Source: an uncultured Hormoscilla sp.
GTDB lineage: Bacteria; Cyanobacteriota; Cyanobacteriia; Cyanobacteriales; Desertifilaceae
Direction of reading: 5' to 3'
DNA length: 64,000 nucleotides
Assembly: GCA_963921275.4 (NCBI GenBank)
Contig: OZ001293.3
Span: 6,528,001-6,592,000, forward strand
Both the position numbers and the translations under genes were made by a program. Below the pieces are notes generated by a model. It made no database searches. It was given only the letters and a program-made list of their open reading frames with translations, and was not told where the DNA came from. Positions 33,269-48,379 of this stretch are shown piece after piece (positions within the stretch are counted from its first letter, which is position 1; every line of letters starts with the position of its first letter).

Positions 33269-34985
33269 TTATGCCTTTACTTGCGGGGCGACTAAAAAAT
33301 CAGCCGCTACCTCCCTATTCAGATCCACATCTTTGCTGGGTTCAAATCCTAAACTTTGCAATAAACTATCTCGACTGGAGTTCTGCACCAACGTATTGCG
33401 AATGCGATTTCTCAGTCCCTCCTCGTCGAGAGTGCTGGCTTGAAAAGGGGTTTGATTTTCCCAGCCATAACCAGTGGGAGCCGATTCCGGTTCGTATTGC
33501 AAATTGCGGCGGTTAACGGCATGAGTTTGACCCGGCGCTGGCGGTCTTCCGGGTTTTATTTCAAATCCCGATAGGGCATTTTCTATAAATTTCGTTCCGT
33601 TCAGATCGGGACTCAGGGATTTGCCCCACAGCCCTGCTGGCACCTTCTTCAAGATGGGGATATACTTAAAGTCGTCATCTTTAACAGGCGGCCCATCTTT
33701 TTTAGTTATCTTAATCCGGTGCTTGGTTGTTAAGTCTCCATCACTGACTTCCATTGAGCCAATGCCGAAGGCGGTGTTAGCTTGAACATGGCTGCCATCT
33801 GTCTTTGTTATCAAGATTGGGGATTCTCCAGTAGAGACTACCTTGTAAGCCTGTTTCGAGGGCACGATCGCATTCGTCACCAGGGATAAGTGCTTGGGAT
33901 TGATGACTCCCAGATCCGATTCGTTGTCGCCAATTTTCCGCACCAAGCCATCTTTAAAGGCAATAGTACATACCTTGTCGTCTTCCGGCAAGAAGGAATT
34001 TTTGAAGGTGCCCCAAGAAATTGGTTGGGGCTTTCGGGACGAACTGTCTCCGAAACTGACGTGAACTGAAACAATCCAGATATGGATGGTCGCCGTACCG
34101 CCAAATTCCGGTCCCCAGATATGTAGGTCTGCCCCCAACTCCACCGTAATGTGATGGGTGCCAAAGAAGTGAAAGGTGTAAGATGCGCCGATGTCGATAT
34201 AGATCCGGGCGTCGTAGTGATAGGGCTTCCAGGCAATTAAAAAGTCTGCCCCCACCTTGAACCATGCCTTGAGGGCACCGCTGTGATAGGTGGCGTCTAA
34301 ATGTCCTCCGGCCATGAAGGCATGAGAACATAGAGCAAAATAGGCATCTCCTTTGATGGTAATGTGACTGTCAACTCTCCAGTTAAATCCCAGCCTGGGA
34401 ACTTGGGGATAGTGGCTGGGTACCTGGAAACTGGGATGGTAGCCTCCCAGGGTGGTGACGAAATCTCCTCCGTGTTCTCCAGAGAACCAACAATAAAAGG
34501 CAAACCCTCCCGTGAGGTGACAGTTTCTCGACAAGAGATAGGAGGCGGAGGTCAGTTGGGCCCGCACTCCCAAAAAGCCTTCATCGGGAATAAAGCTGAC
34601 CTTCAAGACCATCTGGACTTCCGCGATAGGGGTAACGGTTTCTCCTTCCTCTGGCGTGGGCAAGATCGCCGTAGATAAACCGAGAATATCTAACTCAAAG
34701 CGGTTGCCGAAGGAAGCGGTCAGCAGGACGAAGGAGTCAACTAGCTTGAAGGAGTTGAACTTGATGCCGACGGCCAGGAAATATTCTCCCACTGCCGGAG
34801 AGATGTATTTGGCGATTTTGTCCAGTTCGGCAGCCAGGTTGCCAGTATCGCCCGTATTGTTGACTGCTTCTTCCACGAGGGGAAACTGAGCGACTTTCTC
34901 AATGGGCGGGACTCGCAAGTTGCGGTTGTAGCCGAAGCCCCCCGCCAAGCCGGTGATGAAGAAGAAGGAGGGGCCCTTCGGTGAT
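33269..34985 (-). pseudogene. 5'-truncated DUF6603-like large protein
   Basis: GPSFFITGLAGGFGYNR, TLGGYHP, VPRLGFNW; no natural start; family name from recall. Confidence 0.6.
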
Positions 34986-35007
34986 GCCCAAGATGAAAGT
35001 AAAATTT

Positions 35008-35433
35008 GGGTGTGGTCAAAACCCGTTGGTGAGGGATCCCCCCCAGCCCCCGGATCCCCCCTAACCCCCCGCTACATTGGGGGGGACCGCTTAAAAAAGG
35101 GGGACATTCACTCCCCCTCCCTTTCAGAAGCTATACTTTACTCACATATTTCTTAACATTCTGTGGCCACTATGGGGGGTGAAACCCTGATTACTTCGTA
35201 AGTCATTCTCAATAAATTCAATAATTTATCAAGAAAGAGGTCGGGATTTTTGTCAACCCCGTTGAGGATACTAAGTCTCAGAATCTTTGTACCATAAGGG
35301 TTTTAAGGTTGTCAAGAATTATGCGAGTAATGGTAAGCTTTCGGAAGGGGGCTGGGCGGGGATCCCAAGTGTGCAATTACCCACCCCTGGAGATAAAATT
35401 GCTCTAGTTTATCAACTACTTTTGACCACACCC
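35008..35433. mobile_element. MITE-like element with a nested inverted-repeat element at ~35128-35341
   Basis: 14-bp perfect TIR GGGTGTGGTCAAAA / TTTTGACCACACCC; no TSD. Confidence 0.65.
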
Positions 35434-35830
35434 GCTCGAAGGTGACATTACCAGACAGAGCGAGCCGCTAAGCAACTGGCGAAGCTAAAGCCTGAGCGGG
35501 TTCTGGTTTGAGTAGTTCTGTTAACAATGAGGCGGGCCGATCGCCATAGGGCCAGGCAAAGGCATGGCGGAAAGACGCTTCCTGACAGGCTTCCAACTGC
35601 TCGAAATCTATCACGTCCAGGGTTAATAGGTTTTCGTACTCAAAGGGCAAACGGACGTTGTGTAACCCGGCGTTATCGGTGCAAATGGCAATGTCTACGC
35701 CAGCGTCAAACAGCGATCGAAGACGATCTTGAGTTGATGCAAATCTTCGAGAGTGCCAGTTTTCAGGTAAGTGGTGGGACAGACTTCCAGACATTGACCC
35801 CGTCTAGCTACTTGAGTTAATAATTCTGGA

Positions 35831-37584
<1,754 letters not shown>

Positions 37585-38566
37585 TATCGCAGGGGAATTT
37601 GAATCCCGTGACCGATGCGCATATGTAATGGTAATAGTTCCCGATAGCAGCCATCGGCAGTCTCGTATATATGTCCGGTGGTGTTGAGACCGAGCGCTCG
37701 GGCATACTCGTACAACCGGACAAACTCATCCAGGCGATCGGCATAGCGAGCATCTCCGCCGGCCAGGTCGATGGCGCAGACATACCCTGGCTTTTGGGCC
37801 GCCAGATCCACGATCGCCCGGTTCACCTCATAAGGCAACCGGGAGTGCATGCAGAGAATTTGACTGGCGATCGTCGGACAATCTCTAACCTGAGTGGCAA
37901 TACCGACAATTTCCACTATCTCTGCCATTAAGTCCAGTCTCTGCTCGGTGCTTAAATGGGCAGACGTCCGCCAGTAGGGAGTGTAGCGCAGCTCCAAATA
38001 GGCCAAATTTTCAAAGACGTAGGCACCGCGTGTCGGCCGGTAGATAAAATACGGTAATGTTTCGGCAGTTTGAACGCTTTCTACTAGGGTATGCGGTTGC
38101 AGATACTCATCCAGGGTATTGCGAGGGCGGGTGTAAAATTCTTCGAATGCTGGATGTTCCGGGAACTGCTGGGCCAGAGGGGAACTGGCGCGATGAAAAT
38201 ATCGCGCGTTGGATGCGGGGGAACGACCGAAACCCCCCAGATGGCGGTGCGGTTCAGCATATAAAGCCATGACTAAATCCTCTCGAGTCGGGAGTCTCCA
38301 GGTTGGGACTGGGAACGGTGATGGGAAGGACGCTTCAGGGGAAGCGATGTTTAATCTAGGATGTCATTAATCTCCTCTGCTGTATCTTGATCGCCGATGC
38401 GGTTGCTGTCTCGGTAGAGGTTGCAGAAAAAGGGGAACTCATAATGTTATACTTTCGGAGATCCCACTCTGCCTCTTGTGGGTGAGAAAGGGGAGTGAGG
38501 CCAGGAGGCTTCGCCGGAGGTGACCAGGGAGAATGGTGTAAATGCTATTGAGATCATTGTTGTGTG

Positions 38567-39563
38567 GTGCGACTCGTTTCGGCCTAACCTGTACAAACAC
38601 GGAAAAGCCGAGCCAAAATTGGACTGAATGTTTAGAACCAAAACTAATCATAATCAGGCTCAATATGGTAACTCTGGTCATCATGGGGGTTAAATTCCCT
38701 CTCCCCAGGTGTGGGGGTGACACCGGTCCTTAGTGCTGCGGAGTGACATCACCGTGGTGCGGAGCAAGGACTTAAATGTAGGATAGCTGACAGCCCAAAG
38801 TCGGCAACTCCGCTAGGAAAGATGCTCATGGTTAGGAAAACGAATCTGTGAAAGCCTCGTTATGTGTAACCAGCGGAAGAAGGCTTACACGCTGGCCTAA
38901 AAAGGAAATGGTAGCTAGTATTGGCTGTTGCATATGGCCAACATCACACTCAAAGTAGCTCCCGGGGTAAAGCAGGGACCTAAAAACATCGTGAAATGAT
39001 ACCAGGGAACGAAGTAACTCCACGTGTGCTGTCCATAACTACTCGACTATCGACCGGTGGTCAGGAGATAGGGACCAGTTAGATGATAAGCGTAAGCCAT
39101 GTGGAGAGAGATGGCCCAAGAAGCAAAGGACAGGGGTAACTCCTTGTATAAGTGGTGCAGGAATGTACCGGCAGACGTGGGTCGGATATAGTTGGAAATC
39201 TTGGGTGGAAGTATCCCTAATACGTACCAAAAATCAGGAGAAATCCTAGATTGTAATATGGACTAAAACTCTAGCCGGGTAAAACTTGAAAAGTCCCCTA
39301 ATGACGAGACAGGGGCAATGTTAGCAAAGAGCGGTATAAGTGGTTTCCTGGATACCCCCCGCGAACCTTCCGGAGCTAGATACGAAACAGTCCTATCGAC
39401 TACCATAAAGGGGAAAAACTGCATAAGAAGAGGGACAAAGGGAGCAATCCCCAGTAATCCTGCCAATGACAAGGTCCAACTAACCAGTAGCCGTGTGCGA
39501 TGAAAACCGCATGCACGGTTCGAAAGGGAGGGTTGGGAAGCGATTCCCAGCTCGACCCCTAAT
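38567..39563 (+). mobile_element. ORF-less group II intron E (997 nt)
   Basis: GTGCGACTCG; DV AGCCGTGTGCGATGAAAACCGCATGCACGGTT; ends CGACCCCTAAT; empty site TGTGTG|TAGAGAT near 39730. Confidence 0.93.
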
Positions 39564-39789
39564 TAGAGATTTATATCATTTTTGTGGCGGCAGGTTTGAA
39601 CCTGCCGATTTTCCCAGAAAGTTGACGCAGGGGGGGCTCGGGGGCTATGATGGTAGGTTGTGTGGCTGGTGAGGCGAGTGACTCTTGGCTAGGGAGATTG
39701 GTGTAAATGCTATCGAGATCGTTGTTGTGTGTAGAGATTCACATTATTCTTGTGGCGGCAGATTTGAACCTGCCGATTTTCCCAGAAGG

Positions 39790-39818
39790 TTGACACAGGG
39801 GCGCTCGGGGGCTATGAT
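39790..39818 (+). promoter_or_regulatory. Sigma70-type promoter for purA; diverged duplicate at 39622-39651
   Basis: TTGACA-N17-TATGAT, 33 nt upstream of the TTG start. Confidence 0.75.
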
Positions 39819-39848
39819 GGTAGGTTGTGTGGCTGGTGAGGCGAGTGA

Positions 39849-41189
<1,341 letters not shown>

Positions 41190-41213
41190 GAGGTGAAAAG
41201 ATAGCAGCGGAAG

Positions 41214-41807
41214 ATGGAAATAAAAGTTGAATGTCAAAAACGAGAAGCGGGAAGCAAACCAAGGGCGATGCGTCGCGCTGGGTTAATTCCGGCTAATCTA
41301 TATGGTCACGATGGTGCGAAAGCTATTTCTCTAACTGTGCCAGGGAAAATGGTGGAACACTTGATGAAAGAAGCTACCGTTAACAATACTTTGATCGATC
41401 TAGAAATAACGGATATCCCCTGGAGGGGCAAGACATTACTGCGGGAAGTGCAAACTCATCCCTGGAAGGGCTTTCCATACCACCTCAGCTTTTTCTCGAT
41501 CGCATCTCAAGCGTCTATAAAGGTGGTGATGCCACTGAAATTTGTGGGAGAGGCGATCGGGGTGAAGGAAGAAGGGGGTATATTAGAAACGCGCTCGACG
41601 GAAATAGAGGTGGAGTGCGCTCCAGATAACATCCCAGAGGCGATCGAGGTGGATGTGTCCGAACTGCGGGTAGGAAAGGCTCTGCTAGTCAAGGAACTGG
41701 TGATGTCAGCAGGGGTGAGTGCTGTTAGCGAACCGGAACAAATTCTGGCAACGGTGCTGGCAAGCAGGTTGACCAAAACACAAAAAGATACAGAGGAAAA
41801 GAAATGA
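41214..41807 (+). CDS. rplY: 50S ribosomal protein L25/Ctc
   Basis: RRAGLIPANLYG, REVQTHPWK, GVKEEGG, IPEAIEVDVS. Confidence 0.95.
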   Translation: MEIKVECQKREAGSKPRAMRRAGLIPANLYGHDGAKAISLTVPGKMVEHLMKEATVNNTLIDLEITDIPWRGKTLLREVQTHPWKGFPYHLSFFSIASQASIKVVMPLKFVGEAIGVKEEGGILETRSTEIEVECAPDNIPEAIEVDVSELRVGKALLVKELVMSAGVSAVSEPEQILATVLASRLTKTQKDTEEKK

Positions 41808-41905
41808 TGGAGAATGGAGAATGTAAAATGGAGAATGTAAAATGGAAAATGGGGCAATTATCAATTAACAATTGCTCAAAATTCTCAATTAGCGGTAAAA
41901 AGTAA

Positions 41906-42919
41906 ATGACGGAAAGCAGTAAAGAGTCGGAAGCAGTGGATGTATTTGGAGTGGGCAACGCCCTGGTGGACATTCTGGCATTAGTGAAGGATGTAAGAAT
42001 TGTATCCCACGAGTTGAATCGCGGGGCGATGACTCTGGTGGACGCTCCCAAGCAGGGGGTACTTTTGCAGGACCTGGAAGGGACTGATCTGCAACTGCGC
42101 TCGGGTGGCTCGGCGGCGAATACGATGATTGCGATTGCCCAGAGTGGTGGTAGCGGTTTCTATTCGGGTAAGGTTTCCAGGGACAGCAACGGTGAATTAT
42201 ACCGTCAGGATATGCTCAAAGCAGGGATTCAGTTTGATGTAGCTCCAGCCGACAGCGGCCCGACAGGAACATGCGTGGTGCTGACGACTCCGGATGGGGA
42301 ACGCACGATGTGCACTAATCTGGGAGTTTCTATCACCTTGTCGGCTACGGATATCGATGTGGACAAGCTCAAAGGCTGCAAATATAGCTATGTGGAGGGC
42401 TATCTTTGGGATGGGCCAGCGCAGCGCCAAGCGAGTGTGGAGACGATGTCCCAGTCTCGGCGCCACGGAGTGCGGGTCGCCTATACTTTTTCAGATGCGT
42501 TGCTGGTCGAGCGCTTTGCTGATGATTTTCGCCAGATAGTACCAGAATACTGCGATGTGCTCTTCTGCAATGGGGATGAGGCGCGCCGTTTCTGCGAGGT
42601 CTTCTCTATAGAAGACTGCGCTGCTAAAATTGGTGAGTTGGTGGATCTGGCGTTTATTACCGATGGTGGGAAGGGCTGTCTGGTGGTAGAAAATAAACAG
42701 ATTAGTACCGTGCCAGGATTTCCAGCGCAGGCGATCGATACGGTGGGGGCTGGAGATGCTTTTGCTGGTGGAGTGCTGTTCGGACTCACCCACGGCTATA
42801 GTGCGATCAAATCAGCCCGCTGGGGAAACTATCTAGGTTCCCAGGTGGTGCAGCGGTACGGCCCCCGTCTGGAGGGCTCCCAGGCCAATAAGTTGGCGGA
42901 AATAATGGGTGGAAAATGA
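41906..42919 (+). CDS. PfkB-family (adenosine) kinase
   Basis: GNALVD, SGGSAANT, DTVGAGDAFAGG. Confidence 0.93.
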   Translation: MTESSKESEAVDVFGVGNALVDILALVKDVRIVSHELNRGAMTLVDAPKQGVLLQDLEGTDLQLRSGGSAANTMIAIAQSGGSGFYSGKVSRDSNGELYRQDMLKAGIQFDVAPADSGPTGTCVVLTTPDGERTMCTNLGVSITLSATDIDVDKLKGCKYSYVEGYLWDGPAQRQASVETMSQSRRHGVRVAYTFSDALLVERFADDFRQIVPEYCDVLFCNGDEARRFCEVFSIEDCAAKIGELVDLAFITDGGKGCLVVENKQISTVPGFPAQAIDTVGAGDAFAGGVLFGLTHGYSAIKSARWGNYLGSQVVQRYGPRLEGSQANKLAEIMGGK

Positions 42920-43230
42920 AGAAAGATAAATTGGCGGCAGGGAAAATAGGCTTATTTTTCCTGATCGGTTTTATACTGCTGCAATATCCCTCGAGCATGA
43001 GTATCAGTATGGCGCTCGTATCGACAATCGCTGCTCACTGGGTAATGCAAGCTTGGACAGATGAAACAACATCGTCGGAGTCAGTGGAGTTACCATTTAC
43101 TAAGACTAGCGAGCAAAATCCTTTTGACAAGAGCAAGGCTGGTGCGGAAGTCTGGAACAAGTCGGCACAAGCAGGCTCTTTATTTGGTGGCGCTCCTTAT
43201 CGTCTGAAGCTCTTCAAGAAGCAGCAATAG
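42916..43230 (+). CDS. Hypothetical membrane protein
   Basis: Overlaps the pfkB stop; hydrophobic N-terminus. Confidence 0.55.
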   Translation: MKKDKLAAGKIGLFFLIGFILLQYPSSMSISMALVSTIAAHWVMQAWTDETTSSESVELPFTKTSEQNPFDKSKAGAEVWNKSAQAGSLFGGAPYRLKLFKKQQ

Positions 43231-43338
43231 GAACTGTGATGTACATGGAAATTAAAATTTGTCAAGGCAAACCATTCCGATTTTTCCGGAACGGTAAAAA
43301 TCGGACTAGAACCCCCGCAGCAATCTCACCTATGATAG

Positions 43339-43570
43339 GGGTGTGGTCTTGCACCAGTTGGGTTTTGATGAGTTCGGGGGCCGGAGATGTCTCTGGGGTA
43401 GTGCGATTGTAGCGCGTCCCCTTTGGGGGATATCGAAGCCTGCCCGCAGCGCATAGACCGGGTTTCTTAAATCTTATATCGCGGGGAGTTGCGCCGTCGA
43501 GGCCACAGAAACCCGGTTATGAGTCTGTCTGACTATTCTCTACTCTATCAACCAATGCATGACCACACCC
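43339..43570. mobile_element. MITE-like element of the GGGTGTGGTC family
   Basis: Imperfect ~22-bp TIR GGGTGTGGTCTTGCA / TGCATGACCACACCC. Confidence 0.6.
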
Positions 43571-43755
43571 TTTGGGAGGGCTATGATTGCGTTTTTGGGA
43601 AATTGTCATTGCGAGGGGGGAACACCTAACCGTCATTAAAAAAGATTGCACAACTCTCTTCTCGGCTTGCTATAATAATTGACAACTAACAACTGACAAC
43701 TAACAACCTCCGGGCAGGCGATCCGCCCGCCTTACGCAACTAACCACTTGATATT

Positions 43756-44050
43756 ATGGCCTCAGAGCTTCAACGGATCGTGCCTGCGCCTCAACCGGAA
43801 ATGATGGAAATTATAGAGGCGCATCAGGTAACTAGGGAGTTTTACCAGGAATTGCAATATCGTAACGGAGTTCCCGAGCGGCAACTGCGATTAGTATTAT
43901 CTCACGTCGATGTCTCATGGGTAGTACGAATAGTGCTCCCAGGAGACATCGAAGCAGCAAAATCAGCAAGATAAGAAGCAAATGCGCACCGTTCCGGAAA
44001 AATCGGAATTGAATATTTTGGGTTTGTTTTTAGGGAAACGCCGAACTAAA
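43756..44050 (+). pseudogene. Small hypothetical protein, probably frameshifted
   Basis: MASELQRIVPAPQP..EAHQVTREFYQELQYR, then frame disruption. Confidence 0.4.
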
Positions 44051-44150
44051 GGTTGAGTGAAAGGGCGATCGGATACCTGAATGGAGATCGCCCCTAATTT
44101 CCTGTTGACAAAACCTAGGGTTATGTTATGATAATAGCAAAGGAGTTGAG

Positions 44151-44977
44151 ATGATGACTGTAACAAAGGAAATACCAACTAAGAGCATTGACCAGGGGAG
44201 CGCGTCAAACTTCACGACCACTTTGAAAAGGATTCTGGAACTCTTAGACTTAGAAGCAGAGGATGATTACTGGATTTTGAAACCAACTGAATATGCAAGA
44301 CTTTCAGCAATACAGTTGGTTGTCGATGCCTATGAGATAATGGGAAGCGACTTCCCAAAAGGTTCTAATTTCTAAGATGAGCAAGGCGGTATTTTCCTAA
44401 CTTGGAAAAAGCGAGATACTCAGGATCAAATTATGCTATTATGCCCGGCCAAGCCTGAGAAGCAAGCTTTCATTTATCGCCAGAAAAACAAAGAAGCTGC
44501 TGTTGATTATCAAGTATCGGCTGTAAGATTAGTTTATTGGCTAGAGTGGTTGAAAAAAGCATGACAGAAAAATCTTTTACGTCGGAGTTTGAATCATTGT
44601 CTGGATAGCGCCATTGTCTACCGGGCATTACTGCTCAGGTCAATAGTCAGAATTGCTAGTGCTTGTTGTTCTCTGGCAGAATGTGCTGCCCGCTTCCGAA
44701 AATGCTATGGTATAGCTAATCTGGAGGTGGATCGCATTCGCGAGTTAGGTTTAGATGTAGTGCCAGACTCTCCATCCCATGCTCAGATTATAGCATTTCT
44801 CGAAATTATGAGGTACAGCCGCCAGTGATGAAAACCAGTGATGGCAATGCTTTCACTGTACCTCACCTTATTGAAAAATGCTATATCGGCTTGCCAAATC
44901 TTGAGGATGATGCCCGAAGGGCTCTGGAACTTGCAGATTTGTTGGCGCAGCAGTCTCTCCTAGTTTGGTAACCATGA
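44151..44977 (+). pseudogene. Two-gene module, copy 1 (both genes broken)
   Basis: Aligns with 45061-45862; TTGACA-N16-TATGAT at 44105-44132; AAGGAG RBS. Confidence 0.75.
44791..44883. mobile_element. 93-bp MITE with TA duplication
   Basis: Imperfect 28-bp TIR TAGCATTT..TGAGGTACAG; removal restores CAG ATT ATC GGC. Confidence 0.85.
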
Positions 44978-45060
44978 CCTTTATCCACAGAAGGCAGATC
45001 GCCCTAATCTCCTGTTGAAAAAAGCTAGAGTTATGTTATGATAATAGTAAAGGAGTTGAG

Positions 45061-45474
45061 ATGATGAAAGAAACAAAGAAAGTACAAACTAAGACCATAG
45101 ACACGGGTGGTGCGTCAAACTTCACGACCACCTTGAAAAGTATTCTGAAACTTTTAGACTTGGAAGCATCCGATGATTACAGGATTCTGAAACCAACTGA
45201 ATATGCTTTCAAGACAGCAATGCAGTTGGTTGTCGATGCCTATGAGGTAATGGAAAGCGACTTCCCAAAAGGTTCAGCTTCTACAGAAGATCGAGGGGGT
45301 ATTAAAATAACTTGGAAAAACCGAGAAACAAGACGATTAGTCCGCCTGTTTTGTCCATGTAATTCTGAGCAACCAGTTGATATTTATCACGATAGTAGTG
45401 ATGAGTATAATGTAGAGGATGTCTATTCAGTGTCAACATTAGTTCATCGGTTAGAGTGGTTTAATGCTTCATGA
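45061..45474 (+). CDS. Hypothetical protein, first gene of module copy 2
   Basis: 137 aa intact; stop overlaps the next ATG. Confidence 0.7.
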   Translation: MMKETKKVQTKTIDTGGASNFTTTLKSILKLLDLEASDDYRILKPTEYAFKTAMQLVVDAYEVMESDFPKGSASTEDRGGIKITWKNRETRRLVRLFCPCNSEQPVDIYHDSSDEYNVEDVYSVSTLVHRLEWFNAS

Positions 45475-45862
45475 CAGAACACTATTATAATAGTGGGTCA
45501 GAGTTGGAACCATTACCTGATAGCGCCATTGTCTACACTTCGTAAGTGGTGGATAGATTCGGAGACATATGAAGTCACAGATGATGCCTACTTTTTGCGT
45601 AAAAATAAAAACGAATCAGGTCTTTCTGTCAGGATTGCTAGCGCTTGCTCTCCATCAGAATGTGCTGCCAGATTCAGAAATTGTTATGGAGTTGCTAGTC
45701 TCCAGGTAGGTTTCATTCGTGAATTGGGTTTAGATGTAGTGCCTGACTCCCCATCTCATGTTCAGATTATTAGGTCTACCTTATCGTGAAGATGACCGTA
45801 ATAATGCCGATCGGCTTGCCCGTTTGTTGGCAGAACAGTCTCGCCTCGTTTGACAACCATGA
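45471..45862 (+). pseudogene. Second gene of module copy 2, frameshifted
   Basis: AYFLRK..ESGLSV..GVASLQVGFIRELGLDVVPDSPSHVQI. Confidence 0.65.
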
Positions 45863-46170
45863 CTTTTATTTACAGAAGGCCGATCGCCCGTAATCTCCTG
45901 TTGAAAAAAAATAGAGCTGTGTGATGATAATAATTTAGCTGACGCAATGCAACCCAGAACCTCGCGACAAGAGTTGATGCATTCATTTTCTAGGTTCAAC
46001 CCCGAAACTTCTCCCGAAACCACGTTGACAGGTTCAACCTGCTAACGTTGCTTTTGAGCGATCTCGACTGTGGCTCGATAATGAGGCAGAACCTCCGAAG
46101 TCGTTTCCAGTCTCTGGCTGGAAACGAGGGTAACCTGCGCGATCGCACGGCTAAAGCGCTTTAGCGCTTA

Positions 46171-46332
46171 TATCATGTCTGATTAAATGCCAAAAGATAA
46201 AAATTGCATCACCCGACCGTTGGGTTGACCCACGTTACCCAACAGTAGTAAGCCCTGTTGGGTTTCCCGCTTAGCTCTACCCAACAAACGCAAGAGATCT
46301 TTTTTATTACGGTTAATCATCCAGACATGATA
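46171..46332. mobile_element. 162-bp MITE with TTA duplication, inserted in a REP-like repeat
   Basis: TIR TATCATGTCTG / CAGACATGATA; empty version GCGCTTACTACAAA near 46393. Confidence 0.8.
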
Positions 46333-46681
46333 TTACTACAAATGGAAACGAGGGTAACCTGCGCGATCGCACGTAGCCGTGTAAGCGCTTTAGCGCTTAC
46401 TACAAACGGCGGTAAATCTACCTGTAGAGGTGAGCGCTGCGAGTAGCGTTAGCGTGTGTCGCTCCCTGATTATCAATTATCAATTTTCAATTCTCAACAA
46501 GCAGCAGGGCGATGGCTCGCATAAAAACCACCTCTGCCACCGAAATAAATATTAAGGAGGCATCACAATCACGGCCTTATAGAACTGCTCAAACCATTAT
46601 ACCTGGGGTGCATCAGCTGATTTTGTGGACTATTAACCGCAAATGAATTCAACTGTCAACAAATGACTGCTGGAGGTATTT

Positions 46682-46912
46682 ATGTATAAGTTTCCCGACT
46701 ATCAACCGGAAATCTTCTCAACACCCCTCAAGGGAACCGTCACAAAAGCGATCGCCCCCAACGCACCCGGAAGAGTCAAGTGCATGACCAGCTATTGACC
46801 TGGGAAAATCTACCAAGTCGATCGGCCCGTCACCTTAAAGCCAGACCAACTCGTCAGTGTTATTGGTAGACAGGGACTAACGTTGTTGGTACGTCCATTA
46901 TATAGCAACTAA
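46682..46912 (+). pseudogene. NfeD-like C-terminal-domain protein with TGA stop
   Basis: GTVTKAIAPNAPGRVK..Y*..VSVIGRQGLTLLV. Confidence 0.65.
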
Positions 46913-47009
46913 ATGTCAGGTGGGCGATACCCAGCCTACATTTGGAGCATAAAAACTACCTCCCCTACCGAAATAAATATTAAGGAGGTATCATTAAGGA
47001 GGTATCACA

Positions 47010-47649
47010 ATGTCAACTATCCAGACAAAGCCATCATACTATCTGAGACAGCCCTCTACAACCTTCCAAACAGAACGGCTGTTATTAAGACCCTTTCTGT
47101 TCGAGGATTTTTCTGAACTGCATAGGGTTTATGGTAATCCTCAAGTGATGCGCTATATCGGCAAAGGGGCAAGAACTCCCGCAGAAACTTTCACCGAATT
47201 AAAGAGCTTCATCACCCATTGGCAAGAACACGGCTTTTGTCCAATGGCCGTCGTTCATAAAGCATCAGGAGAGGTAATCGGTCGTTCTGGTTACTATCTC
47301 AGTCCCCGCTCATTATACCCGCAAATGGGTTACATCATCTCTGCCCATTACCAAGGTCAAAAGCTGGGAACTGAATTGGCTCTCGGTTGCTTGCAGCTTG
47401 GTTTTGAGCAATTTAATTAACTTCCGGCAAGTGGATGCATTTGCCATCCCAGAAAACAATATTTCTCAATACATTCTCTCTCACAAACTCGGCATGCGCC
47501 GAGAACCAGATATCCAATACTGCGATCGCCTTTATTTCCGCTTCACCCTCACCCAAGCCGAGTATTGCCAACCCGCTACCAGTCTTTTTGCCCTAACAAT
47601 CCCCACCAGAAATGTAGAGACGCGATCGCTTGCATCTCTACAGAAATAG
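47010..47649 (+). pseudogene. RimJ/RimL-type GNAT acetyltransferase, frameshifted near 47415
   Basis: TERLLLRPF, VMRYIG, YQGQKLGTE, then PENNISQYIL..KLGMR in another frame. Confidence 0.8.
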
Positions 47650-48040
47650 ACTTGGGATACAGCCGATGACTGAGAGGTATGTCCCCTTTTGTGCGATTAG
47701 CGCTCTGTGTCTCCTGGGTAGTGCGATTATGATGTCCCCCGGGTTTCGCCGTGCGTCCGGGGGACATCAAGCTCCCAGGAGAACGCTCGCCCTGTCAGGA
47801 CATACCTCCAAGGTGGTGGTATAATCAAGTGCGCGATCGCATCGGATCTCAATGTAAGCAGCGGCCATCTGAACCAGGAGCCCAGAAACCTGGTTTCTTA
47901 ATTCAATCTAGATTAGTCAATTAACCTGTGAATAAAGAAATCCTGTTTTTCGTCAAAACAGGGTTTCTGGGGATGGGTGATTGCTAGCACCGAGAGCATT
48001 CTGCGGCATAATAAAGCGCTAAAGCGCTGACTACAAACGA

Positions 48041-48283
48041 TTACCCATTAGCAATAACCTCTAGCTCACGTTCCCGTAAGTGAACCTTTAATTTTTTCCC
48101 AAACTCGAATTTGACTAGAATCGGCAGATTAGCACTGATCGGTTTCCCATCCCGCTCCAAAATGATATCGATCACTTCCCCTTCCTGTCCCTGGAGTTCA
48201 AAAGGTTGATTGCGATGTTGAGGGTGATGGTAAACTACCACAGATTTTGCGACCCGAACCCGATCGCCTACTTTAATTTCCAT
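48041..48283 (-). CDS. ftrV: Ferredoxin-thioredoxin reductase variable subunit
   Basis: KVGDRVRV..VVVYHHPQHRNQPFELQG..ISANLP..HLRERELE. Confidence 0.92.
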   Translation of the reverse strand: MEIKVGDRVRVAKSVVVYHHPQHRNQPFELQGQEGEVIDIILERDGKPISANLPILVKFEFGKKLKVHLRERELEVIANG

Positions 48284-48379
48284 GTGTATTCTCTCTCCTA
48301 CAGCAGCACGAGCGTCTTGGCGCTAGATCAGATAATCCTTCAAAATACCATAAAACCAGTCGGAAAAATAGACGAGCCC

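Noticed and set aside
38439..39503. Short ORFs over intron E as maturase remnants
   Set aside because: No RT motifs; they are chance ORFs in structured RNA.
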